The notes beneath the pieces are model-generated. The model was not told the DNA's origin and searched no databases. It worked only from the letters and a program-made list of their open reading frames with translations. Source: Candidatus Eiseniibacteriota bacterium (GTDB lineage Bacteria; Eisenbacteria; RBG-16-71-46; JABDJR01; JAWXBZ01). From it: a DNA stretch of 64,000 nt. The stretch covers positions 1 to 64,000 of the forward strand of contig JAWXBZ010000235.1 of assembly GCA_034440375.1 (NCBI GenBank), written 5' to 3'. Both the position numbers and the translations under genes were made by a program. This document shows positions 50,524 to 58,821 of the stretch, in pieces; position 1 is the first letter of the stretch; every line of letters begins with the position of its first letter.

Positions 50524-52344
50524 ATGGCGTTGATCAGTCTGAACGACGTGTCCCTCAAGTTTGCCGGGCCCCTTCTGCTTGATCAGGTCAGTCTTCAGAT
50601 CGACGAGGGGGAGCGGGTGGGGCTTCTGGGGCGGAACGGCGCCGGCAAGACGACACTGCTCAAGGTGCTGGAGGGCTCTCTGGCGCCGGATTCGGGCGAC
50701 GTGGTGCGGCGGCCGGGCCTCCGCGTTGTCAGCCTGCAGCAGGATGTACCGCAGGGCCTGGTCGGCACCGTGGGGGTGTACCTGCATCATGTCTGCGGCG
50801 CCACGACCAGCGACATCTCCTGGGAGATCGAGCGCCGCATTGATCGGGCGGCCGTTGACCTGTCGCTGGATCTCGACGCCGACATCGACACGCTGTCGGT
50901 CGGCTCCAAGCGGCGTGTCCTCCTGGCCGCGGCGCTGGTGCGAGATCCGGACATCCTGATCCTGGACGAACCGACGAATCACCTGGATGTCGACGCGATC
51001 AGTCATCTCGAGGAGGCGCTGGCGCGCCGACGCGGAACGATCGTCTTCGTGACGCACGATCGGACCTTTCTCCAGAACCTGGCTACGCGCATCCTGGACT
51101 TGGATCGCGGCACGCTTCGCAGCTATCGGACGACTTATGACATCTATCTCGAGATGCGCGAAGCGGAGCGGGTGGTCGAAGCGGACCAGGGAGCTCTCTT
51201 CGACAAGCGGCTGGCACAGGAAGAGGCGTGGCTCAGGCAGGGCATCAAGGCGCGACGCACCCGGAACGAGGGGCGCGTCAAGGCGCTCGAATCGATGCGG
51301 GTCGAGCGCGGGGCCCGCCGCGGCGAGGTGGGGCGAGTCCGGGCCACTCTCCAGGAGGCCGAGAAGTCGGGACGCGTCGTGATCCGCTGCCGGGATTTGA
51401 CGTTCGCCTACGACGGGATGCCCATTGTTGCCGGATTCACCGGGACGCTCCTTCGCGGCGACCGCATCGGCATACTTGGGCCGAACGGTTGCGGCAAGAC
51501 GACGCTGATCGACCTCCTTCTTGGCGACCTGGCACCGCAGGGAGGCACGGTGACCCCGGGCACGAAACTCGAGGTGGCACACTTCGAGCAGTTGAGCGAC
51601 TCGCTGGACGACTCGAAGAGTGTCGTCGACAACCTGGCGGAGGGGCGCGACACGATCACGGTGGGGGGTGTCGTCCGGCATGTCGTCGGCTACCTGCGCG
51701 ATTTTCTCTTCAGCGGGGACCAGATCCAGGGCCCCGTCCAGAAACTTTCCGGTGGGGAGCGCAAGCGTCTCCAACTGGCCATGATCCTTTCCCGCCCGTG
51801 CAATGTTCTGGTGCTGGACGAACCGACAAACGACCTGGACCTCGAAACGCTCGAGTTGCTGGAGGAGATGCTGCTGGACTTCCAGGGGACGCTGCTGGTC
51901 GTCTCGCACGACCGGACCTTTCTGGACAACGTCGTCACTTCCACGCTGGTCTGGGAGGGAAATGGCGAGTGGAGTGAGTATGCCGGGGGGTACGCGGATT
52001 GGTTGCGCCAGCGGAAGGAGGTTGGGTCGGCGTCGGGATCGAAACCAGCCAAGGCCTCACCGAAGCCATCCAGGCCGTCACCGGATCAAGTCCGCACCTT
52101 GAAACCGCGCCGCACCTCGTTCAAGGAAAAGCGGGAGCTCGAGGAATTGCCCGGCCGGATCGAGCGGTTCGAGGCCGAGAAGCAGAGCCTCTTTGACCGG
52201 ATGGCCTCCCCCGATTACTACACGATGAAGGGAGACCAGGTGGCCGAAACGAAGCAACAGCTGGCCGCGGTGGAGGAGGAACTTCACCGGGCCTATGAGC
52301 GCTGGCAGGAACTGGAATCGTTGGTGACGGGGGAGGAGGGATAG
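50524..52344 (+). CDS. uup: ABC-F family ATPase Uup
   Basis: Two ABC domains (GRNGAGKT, LDEPTNHLD; GPNGCGKT, LSGGE), linker EEAWLRQGIKARRTRNEGRV, and a C-terminal coiled coil ending ..RWQELE. Confidence 0.92.
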   Translation: MALISLNDVSLKFAGPLLLDQVSLQIDEGERVGLLGRNGAGKTTLLKVLEGSLAPDSGDVVRRPGLRVVSLQQDVPQGLVGTVGVYLHHVCGATTSDISWEIERRIDRAAVDLSLDLDADIDTLSVGSKRRVLLAAALVRDPDILILDEPTNHLDVDAISHLEEALARRRGTIVFVTHDRTFLQNLATRILDLDRGTLRSYRTTYDIYLEMREAERVVEADQGALFDKRLAQEEAWLRQGIKARRTRNEGRVKALESMRVERGARRGEVGRVRATLQEAEKSGRVVIRCRDLTFAYDGMPIVAGFTGTLLRGDRIGILGPNGCGKTTLIDLLLGDLAPQGGTVTPGTKLEVAHFEQLSDSLDDSKSVVDNLAEGRDTITVGGVVRHVVGYLRDFLFSGDQIQGPVQKLSGGERKRLQLAMILSRPCNVLVLDEPTNDLDLETLELLEEMLLDFQGTLLVVSHDRTFLDNVVTSTLVWEGNGEWSEYAGGYADWLRQRKEVGSASGSKPAKASPKPSRPSPDQVRTLKPRRTSFKEKRELEELPGRIERFEAEKQSLFDRMASPDYYTMKGDQVAETKQQLAAVEEELHRAYERWQELESLVTGEEG

Positions 52345-52574
52345 ATGCACCTTTCGGACCGTTTGGTATCTCATTGATAGGCAGCGAATTATCCGGCATC
52401 GCGTCAGAATGGCTTCACACCGACTCGCAGCGGTGCCGGTTGCTTCGCATGTTTGGGTGCGATTTGAGTTAGACATAACTGACAAGACTCGGTCCAGACC
52501 GAGTTACCGGGCCTCGTTTCGGACGGGCACGGCTGACTTCCGACGATCGAGTGCCGTTGCCGCTTCCAACGTCT

Positions 52575-53120
52575 TCAGCCGTTCGGCAGCGAGAAGGGCG
52601 CGATGACCCCCGTGAGCGTCTCGTCGCCGAGCGCCACGTAGAGCTGCCGGTCGGAGACGGTCAGGTCGAGGATCATCCGGCGCCCCAACCGTTGCACCAG
52701 GGCCGCCACCAGTTCCCGATCGACGGCGTACAACTCCAGCTCATCCCCGCGATGGATGCGTTCGCCCGTGAGGTGCCGGACGAGGAGGGAGGGGTCCTTG
52801 TGCGTGTACACGGCCACCCGCGGCGACAGCTTGCCGGCCTTGTGCAGGCGCGCCGCATCCGGAACGCCGATCTCGATCCACGACTGGATGGTTCCGGTCA
52901 TGTCCCGCACCGACAGCGCCGGCTCCTCCGGCTCGGACAGTCCTTTCGAGAAGGCGATCCCGTCGGTGTATTCAAGGCAGTAGGCCAGGACGCGCGTGAT
53001 TAGATATTCCTCCGACTCGGATGGGTGGCGCGCCACCCGAAGCGCCAGCGATTCGTAGCAACCGCGGTCGACGTCGGACAGTGAAATCTCGAAGGTGTGG
53101 ATCGTGGCGGTCAACGCCAT
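52575..53120 (-). CDS. yaeQ: YaeQ family protein
   Basis: Motifs MALTATI, SDVDR..Y, ARHPSES.E...RVLAY, KGLS..EEP and WIEIG.PD..RL.KA. Confidence 0.92.
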   Translation of the reverse strand: MALTATIHTFEISLSDVDRGCYESLALRVARHPSESEEYLITRVLAYCLEYTDGIAFSKGLSEPEEPALSVRDMTGTIQSWIEIGVPDAARLHKAGKLSPRVAVYTHKDPSLLVRHLTGERIHRGDELELYAVDRELVAALVQRLGRRMILDLTVSDRQLYVALGDETLTGVIAPFSLPNG

Positions 53121-53138
53121 GTCGATCCCATCATTGAA

Positions 53139-53753
53139 TCAGATGATCCGCACCACCGTCGCGGTGCCATCGAAGCGAACCGGCAGATGTCCATCCTGGA
53201 AGGCATAATAGGCGAGCCCGGCCCGCGCCATGAGGAGGACGTCCTGGCCGATCGCCTTGGGCCACAATGAATAGGTACGACTGAGCATTCCCGGCTCCGT
53301 GTCGCCGCGGAAGTTGATGCAGATCGGGCATCGGGTCGTGGTGGCGAAAGTCGCCATTGCGTCGCCGCAGGCCGTCGCCGGCCAGATGTGGATGATGTCA
53401 GGCCCGGCACCCAGAATGATGACAGCATGCAGGCCGTCGCCGGCATACCCGACCGGGTGGTAGGAGTGGAGGCTCGCTTCATAAGCTGCTGGGTAGTCGT
53501 CGCAGAGGCACGGGGTGGCGCTGCAATCGGTGACCGCGGTGGGGACCCCTGTCCCGATTCCCTGCAGGGGGCGCTGTGGCGCCACCAGTTGCTCCCCATG
53601 GCCGCAACCGATGAGGACGAGGAGGCCAATGCTCCAGTGTCGCAGGAGCAGGCCAATGCTCGGGTGTAAGAGGGCCACGGATCTTCCCCCCGGAGGATCT
53701 CCGGCCGATCGGCGTGATCGGCCCGCTGGTATACATCGCAAGAATCGGACCAC
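53139..53753 (-). CDS. hypothetical Cys-containing lipoprotein-like protein (start uncertain)
   Basis: LLVLIGC lipobox-like segment; co-oriented with yaeQ and ends 19 nt before it. No recognisable family. Confidence 0.45.
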   Translation of the reverse strand: MVRFLRCIPAGRSRRSAGDPPGGRSVALLHPSIGLLLRHWSIGLLVLIGCGHGEQLVAPQRPLQGIGTGVPTAVTDCSATPCLCDDYPAAYEASLHSYHPVGYAGDGLHAVIILGAGPDIIHIWPATACGDAMATFATTTRCPICINFRGDTEPGMLSRTYSLWPKAIGQDVLLMARAGLAYYAFQDGHLPVRFDGTATVVRII

Positions 53754-53893
53754 CGAAAGTTAGAATGCCGAGGCCGTGGAAGGGCACCGCGCGCGTCCAG
53801 CGGGTAAGGATGGGGTGATGCCGGGGAGGGAGCCGATCAGAATGACAGGCCACCCCGCCAGCGGGGTGTGTCATCTCTTCCGACCGCCGATCC

Positions 53894-55651
53894 TTAGCGA
53901 TCCTGCAACTCCGGCACCGGCATGACCTCCGTGGATGGCAGGAGGCCGATTTCGGCGCTGGTCCAGAGCATCCGGTCGTAGCTGTTGGTCCGGTTGGGTC
54001 CCGGTGCGATGGCCACGGTGGTATTGAGAATCATGACCGAGTGGGAGACGCGGGTCGGCAGCGTGACGGAGGGCAGAAGTCGCTCGGGCATCCGGATCTT
54101 GATTCCCGCTTCGCCGAGCGCCTTGAGCTTTTGGATAACGCCGTCCGGGTCGAGCAACATGCCGCAGCGCGACAGTCGATCCTGCGTGGCCAGGCTGGCC
54201 CGAACCGCCGCCCATGAGTCATCCGTGAGCGTCATGGCGATGGGGTGGCGGTCCCGTCGGAGACTCGTTCGAAGGGAGATTCCCCCGGGAGTGTCGACCA
54301 GGCTGACCACCCCGGCAAGGCCATGATCCTGCGGCAGGACTCGGGCGGCCACATGGACCGTGTCACGAAATCCGTGGCAGAGGATCGAGATCAACTTTTT
54401 CGGTTTCCAGGCGAAATCAAAGGTCATTCGGCCGCTCCCCGATTCAATATGGGTCGGCACGCGGAGTGAGATAATGCCCTCCTGGCCCACGTCGACCCGG
54501 GGTCGGCCGGCCCTGAGGATGCCGCGCAGCCCTTCGACCTGGAGGTTGATCGACCAGCCGCCGGCGTTGATCCTGCCGATGGGCGTCCCGACCCGGAGCG
54601 AACCGGTTTCCTCCTCCTGGATGGCGGCTTCCATGTCGACCTCGACCCGGTCCAGGTAGCGTGTTGCCACCTGCTCCAACATGGCGTCGAGCAATCCTTC
54701 GCTGGTGCCGACGGTCACGCCGGCCTTGTCGGTCATCATTTTCTGGAGGACGAGGTCCTGCCGGAAGCGATAATCGAGGCTGTCACGCAGCGCGGTTTCC
54801 TGATCGACGGAGGGAGCCGCCCGGCGCTTCAAGGCTTGTTTCACCGGCCGGGTGGCCCGGACTCGGCCCACGGACGCCGCGCTGCGGGCGGCGGCCGAAT
54901 CGAGTCGGTCGGCACTCAGGAGTTGGACCGGAATCCAGAGACGATCAAAGAGGGCCACCGGTGCGCCAACCGACACATCGAGCGGAATTGAGGCCGGCTC
55001 AATCTTGACGGGCAGATCGAGTTTTTCGTCCGACGCCAGATCGGGCAGCGCCAACCGATCGGCCACCCGGATCGGAATTTCAATCTCGTAATTTACCCCT
55101 TCGAAGTTTCGTGCCCCGAGTCGGGCGAGGTCGCTGATGAAGCCGCGCCATCCGACGGGCTTGACGCCGGTCGGCTGCGATTCAACGGCGAGCACCCGGG
55201 AGCGCGCCCGGAGAATTCCGTCGGCAGCCTCGAAGCTGATCGACTCGATGACTCCCTCGACCTGAACGGTCATGGTGGGCGCGGGCGCGGGGCGTCCGGA
55301 GCCATCGGTTGGGCCGGCCGTGCCGCTCAGGTGCAGGAGGGGGAGGCCGTCATTGAACTCAACCTGTACCGCCTCCAACCGGACGAGAAGCTGTCCCTTG
55401 ACAACCTGCTCGAATGGTAGTGCGGCCGCAAGAAGCCGCTGGATCACTTCCTCGTGGATGACCAGCAGCGATTGATCGCGATCGATGAGTTGGCTCGCGG
55501 CCGGGCGGGCCAGGAGTTCCTGCATCGCTTCGATCCGTTTTGCGGCGAGTACGGTTTCGCGCGGTTCGTCCCGCCGGAATCGGGCGCAACCCATGAAGCA
55601 CAGCGACAACGCGCAGAACACCAGGAGGACGCGTCCGGCGTGCCGATTCAA
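53894..55651 (-). CDS. hypothetical 585-aa lipoprotein, two beta-rich halves (possibly BPI/TULIP-like)
   Basis: FMGC lipobox; TTG start 4 nt after the cyclophilin stop; two segments of strand-helix followed by long beta strands. Confidence 0.7.
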   Translation of the reverse strand: MNRHAGRVLLVFCALSLCFMGCARFRRDEPRETVLAAKRIEAMQELLARPAASQLIDRDQSLLVIHEEVIQRLLAAALPFEQVVKGQLLVRLEAVQVEFNDGLPLLHLSGTAGPTDGSGRPAPAPTMTVQVEGVIESISFEAADGILRARSRVLAVESQPTGVKPVGWRGFISDLARLGARNFEGVNYEIEIPIRVADRLALPDLASDEKLDLPVKIEPASIPLDVSVGAPVALFDRLWIPVQLLSADRLDSAAARSAASVGRVRATRPVKQALKRRAAPSVDQETALRDSLDYRFRQDLVLQKMMTDKAGVTVGTSEGLLDAMLEQVATRYLDRVEVDMEAAIQEEETGSLRVGTPIGRINAGGWSINLQVEGLRGILRAGRPRVDVGQEGIISLRVPTHIESGSGRMTFDFAWKPKKLISILCHGFRDTVHVAARVLPQDHGLAGVVSLVDTPGGISLRTSLRRDRHPIAMTLTDDSWAAVRASLATQDRLSRCGMLLDPDGVIQKLKALGEAGIKIRMPERLLPSVTLPTRVSHSVMILNTTVAIAPGPNRTNSYDRMLWTSAEIGLLPSTEVMPVPELQDR

Positions 55652-55655
55652 TTGA

Positions 55656-56351
55656 TCAATCCACCAGTCGCGCGGACTGAATGTAGTCGAGCCTTGGAAA
55701 ACCGTCGATCAAGTAGGCATTTCCTTCCGTCTGGATGCGTCCCTGGTCGGGGCCAAGCCCTCTTGGCATGCCCTCACCATACCCCTTGTAGAGTCGATCG
55801 ACGACCTCCATGCCGATCGCCACCTGCCCGAACGGCGTGAAACCCTGAGAGTCGATCGCGGCGTTGTCCTTGAGGTTGATGAAGAGCTGGGTCGTTCGGC
55901 TGTCGGGCGCTCCTGTTTTGGAGAAGGTGATGTAGCCGCGCTTGTTGCTCTGCCGGTCGGCCCCCGCGGGCGTGTCATCCGGGATGGTGGCCTCTCGCCA
56001 GTGGCGCTGGATGATCGGGTCGCCGTTGATTCCGAACTGGGCCACGAAGTTTTCAATTACACGGAAAAAACGGACATCGTCATAGTATCCGTGCTTCACC
56101 AGATTGTAAAAGCGATCGGCACCGCTCGGCGACCAGGCCCGGGTTACCAGGACGGTGAATCTCCCCTGGCTGGTCGTGACATGAACCGCGAAGATTGCCG
56201 GAGCCCGGTCGGTCAGCTGCGACGGATCGATCAACAGGCTCCGGTCGACCTTCATCGATTCGGTGGGGGAGTCCGACTGGCAGCCGAAGCCCGAGTTCAT
56301 GCCAAGGACAAGCAGTAACAGAAGGGTGATCCCGCGCCGGCCGGGCAACAT
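55656..56351 (-). CDS. cyclophilin-type PPIase, lipoprotein (paralog 2)
   Basis: GFGC lipobox-like; WSPSGADRFYNLV, FFRVIENFVAQFG, RTTQLFIN and FTPFGQV. TGATG overlap with the upstream gene. Confidence 0.9.
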   Translation of the reverse strand: MLPGRRGITLLLLLVLGMNSGFGCQSDSPTESMKVDRSLLIDPSQLTDRAPAIFAVHVTTSQGRFTVLVTRAWSPSGADRFYNLVKHGYYDDVRFFRVIENFVAQFGINGDPIIQRHWREATIPDDTPAGADRQSNKRGYITFSKTGAPDSRTTQLFINLKDNAAIDSQGFTPFGQVAIGMEVVDRLYKGYGEGMPRGLGPDQGRIQTEGNAYLIDGFPRLDYIQSARLVD

Positions 56352-57322
56352 CACCCCGGCGCGATGGCGTCCAGCGCCCGCTTCATTTCTGCGCGGATGG
56401 CAGCGTCCGCACCGGCGGGCCAGGCCGACGGATCGTCGCGGATGAAGGTGGTCAGGTCGTTTCGGTTGTCGAAACGGGTGACCGGGAGGTGATAGCTCTT
56501 GCCCCGCGTGTCGACCCGAACGGTACCCGGCTCGCCGCTCGTCTCGATCAGGTGCGCCATGTCGTCGGTGCCGTAGTCGCCGAGCATGACCTTGATGGGG
56601 ACGCCGTGGTGAAGGATGGAGGCGTCGCCGTCGCGGCCGGGTTTGGCGCGCTCCTCGTTCTTGCGGCGCGATTCCTCGGGCGTGACCCAGATATAGAGAA
56701 TGGCGGCCCGGCCGAGGATATGGTCCGACAGGCGCCCGAAGCTGTACTGATACCCGTACGGCGGGGTCAGCGGCATCGAGGAATTCTGGGGGCCGCCGCG
56801 CGCAAATTCGATGACGATCGTCCTCCCCTCGAGCGAATCGGGTATGCCGGCCATTTTGTCGTTCAAGAGTTGTCGCGCCTCGGGTTCCAGCGCGGACTCG
56901 AGACGCTTCCGCAACTCCGGGGGCAGCTTGCCGAGTGCCGGTTCCGCCCCGACCTTGATGCGAGCCGCGTCCAGTCGGTCCAGCAGCCACCCGGCGGCGG
57001 ATGGCGGGTTGATCGCGGGCCTGGCGTGGAGGTCCTCGTAGTCCTCGTTAATCAGCTCGATCAACGTACCCCAGTCGAGCGACTCCTGAAACGGCTCCAG
57101 CCCCGATGGAAAGAAGATTGGGTCGTGGCCGGCGTGAGTCAGTTCCTCCGAGATGCGCCGCATCATGTGGACGTACGGGTAGTCGTCGAGCTGGACCGTT
57201 TCGCCCATGTGAAAATCCCGCGACTGGGACACAAAGTCCTGCATCGCCAGCCACCGCCGGACCTCGGACTTACCCGAGGCCGGCAGGGCTGTCAGCAGCA
57301 ATGTGTCGAAATTTCGACTCAC
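56351..57322 (-). CDS. uncharacterised P-loop protein, nucleotide/small-molecule kinase-like
   Basis: LLLTALPASGKSE (Walker A variant), IVIEFARG and ILYIWVTPEESRRKNEER (lid-like). Confidence 0.75.
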   Translation of the reverse strand: MSRNFDTLLLTALPASGKSEVRRWLAMQDFVSQSRDFHMGETVQLDDYPYVHMMRRISEELTHAGHDPIFFPSGLEPFQESLDWGTLIELINEDYEDLHARPAINPPSAAGWLLDRLDAARIKVGAEPALGKLPPELRKRLESALEPEARQLLNDKMAGIPDSLEGRTIVIEFARGGPQNSSMPLTPPYGYQYSFGRLSDHILGRAAILYIWVTPEESRRKNEERAKPGRDGDASILHHGVPIKVMLGDYGTDDMAHLIETSGEPGTVRVDTRGKSYHLPVTRFDNRNDLTTFIRDDPSAWPAGADAAIRAEMKRALDAIAPG

Positions 57323-57348
57323 GCCTGGCTTCTCCCGATGGGGGGGTA

Positions 57349-58071
57349 CTACTTTGAGATGCGAGCGGTTTTGATGTAGTCCATCTTCGGGAAGTCCTTG
57401 TTCAGGTAGGCATTCCCTTCCGCCTGGAGGCGTCCCTGATCGGGGCCCTGGCCGCGCGGTGCACCTTCGCCATATCCCTTGTAGAGCTTGTCGACGACTT
57501 CCATGCCGCTGGTCACCTGCCCGAACGGCGTGAAACCCTGCGAGTCGAGCATGGAGTTGTCCTTGAAGTTGATGAAGAGCTGTGTGGAGCGGCTGTCGGG
57601 AGCGCCGGTCTTGGCGAAGGTCAGGAAACCACGCTTGTTGCTCTGCTTGTTCGGCGCGGTCGGGGCGTCATCCTTGATGCTGGCCTCGCGCCAATGTCCC
57701 TGGAGGGTCGGGTCGCCGTTGATGCCAAACTGGGCCATGAAGTTCTCGATGACACGGAAAAAGCGGATATCGTCGTAGAAGCCGTTCTTCACCAGGTTGT
57801 AGAAACGGTCGGCGCCGTTGGGCGACCAGGCCCTTGTTACGGAAACGGTGAAATTGCCCTGGCTGGTGACGAAATCGGCCTTGAAGGTGGCCGGGGCCTG
57901 CTCGCTGCACTTCGATGGATCCGTCAGCATGCTCTTGTCGATCTCCTTGGACTTCGAGGTCTTCGGCTGGGAAGCCGGGGGTGCGGCCGCGTAGGTCACG
58001 CAGGCAGCCGTGACGAGCAGGGCGGTTGACAGCGCGAGCCGGGTGGCGAATCGAATACGGGACATCGGCAT
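57349..58071 (-). CDS. cyclophilin-type PPIase, secreted (paralog 1)
   Basis: GAGGAG RBS and signal peptide; WSPNGADRFYNLV, FFRVIENFMAQFG and RSTQLFIN. Confidence 0.92.
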   Translation of the reverse strand: MPMSRIRFATRLALSTALLVTAACVTYAAAPPASQPKTSKSKEIDKSMLTDPSKCSEQAPATFKADFVTSQGNFTVSVTRAWSPNGADRFYNLVKNGFYDDIRFFRVIENFMAQFGINGDPTLQGHWREASIKDDAPTAPNKQSNKRGFLTFAKTGAPDSRSTQLFINFKDNSMLDSQGFTPFGQVTSGMEVVDKLYKGYGEGAPRGQGPDQGRLQAEGNAYLNKDFPKMDYIKTARISK

Positions 58072-58214
58072 ACTCCTCGGCCAAATGGCCGGATAGGGAA
58101 ATTGTTGGACGAGACGAAGCCGGGGAAGACTACCCCAGCGTGCGGTCCGGTGGTACCCCCTGGAGCCCCGAAAGGTTTCGGGCAAACGTCGGTTTCGGGA
58201 GGCCCCGGGAGCGA

Positions 58215-58796
58215 TCAGCCGGTCCTGGGGGGCATGGCGTCGAGGAGCGCTCGAAAGTCGACCCGGCCGCGATTTCTGGCCTGCAGGACGTCCGCCAGCG
58301 CCGTCGAGAGGCCGGTCGCGCCGGACTTGTCCGACACGTGGACAGTCGGGGTGGAAGGCGTAAGAATCACCCCGGCCCCCACACGGGCGCCGGCCTCATC
58401 GCGGCACCGGACAAGCCGTCCGGGGGCGCGCCCCTCACAGGCCAGGAAGAGTCCGGCGTCGGGTTCGTAGCCGTCTGGAACGGTCATGCGCAGCGAAAAG
58501 CTCAGGATGGAAGCCGCTTCGAGCCACGCGTGCAGGTCCGGCGTAGCCGGACCGACCCAGGCCACGGTCAGGTCCTCGAGAGAGTGGCCATCCTGGCGCA
58601 ACTGGTGAAGTGATCGAAGCACACTCCACGACTCGTCGCTGAGCCGATGGCTGGCAGTTGTCACTTCGGCGTCCGACACCGCCGGGTCGAGGTGACGCGG
58701 TGCGCCTCCGTCGAGTTCGTCGGCGCGATCGAACAGGCCGAGAATCTCCTCGCGAGAAAAATCGGCCAGGCAGAGCTCAAGGCTGGATCGGGTCAT
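58215..58796 (-). CDS. miniaturised ornithine carbamoyltransferase-like protein lacking catalytic motifs
   Basis: DFSREEILGLFDRADEL, LTVAWVG, PDGYEPD and QARNR resemble OTC. No STRT, HPCQ or HCLP. Intact frame with AAAGGAG RBS. Confidence 0.65.
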   Translation of the reverse strand: MTRSSLELCLADFSREEILGLFDRADELDGGAPRHLDPAVSDAEVTTASHRLSDESWSVLRSLHQLRQDGHSLEDLTVAWVGPATPDLHAWLEAASILSFSLRMTVPDGYEPDAGLFLACEGRAPGRLVRCRDEAGARVGAGVILTPSTPTVHVSDKSGATGLSTALADVLQARNRGRVDFRALLDAMPPRTG

Positions 58797-58821
58797 GGCG
58801 TCACTCTCCTTTCAAGACCGG

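Noticed and set aside
53623-53661. 12-bp direct repeat AGGCCAATGCTC (two copies) as a CRISPR or iteron
   Set aside because: There are only two copies 27 nt apart, inside a probable signal-peptide coding region, and no cas or rep genes.
56352-56990. 213-aa N-terminal extension of cyclophilin paralog 2 in the ORF track
   Set aside because: It overlaps the P-loop gene in another frame. The real start is ATG 56351, followed by a signal peptide.
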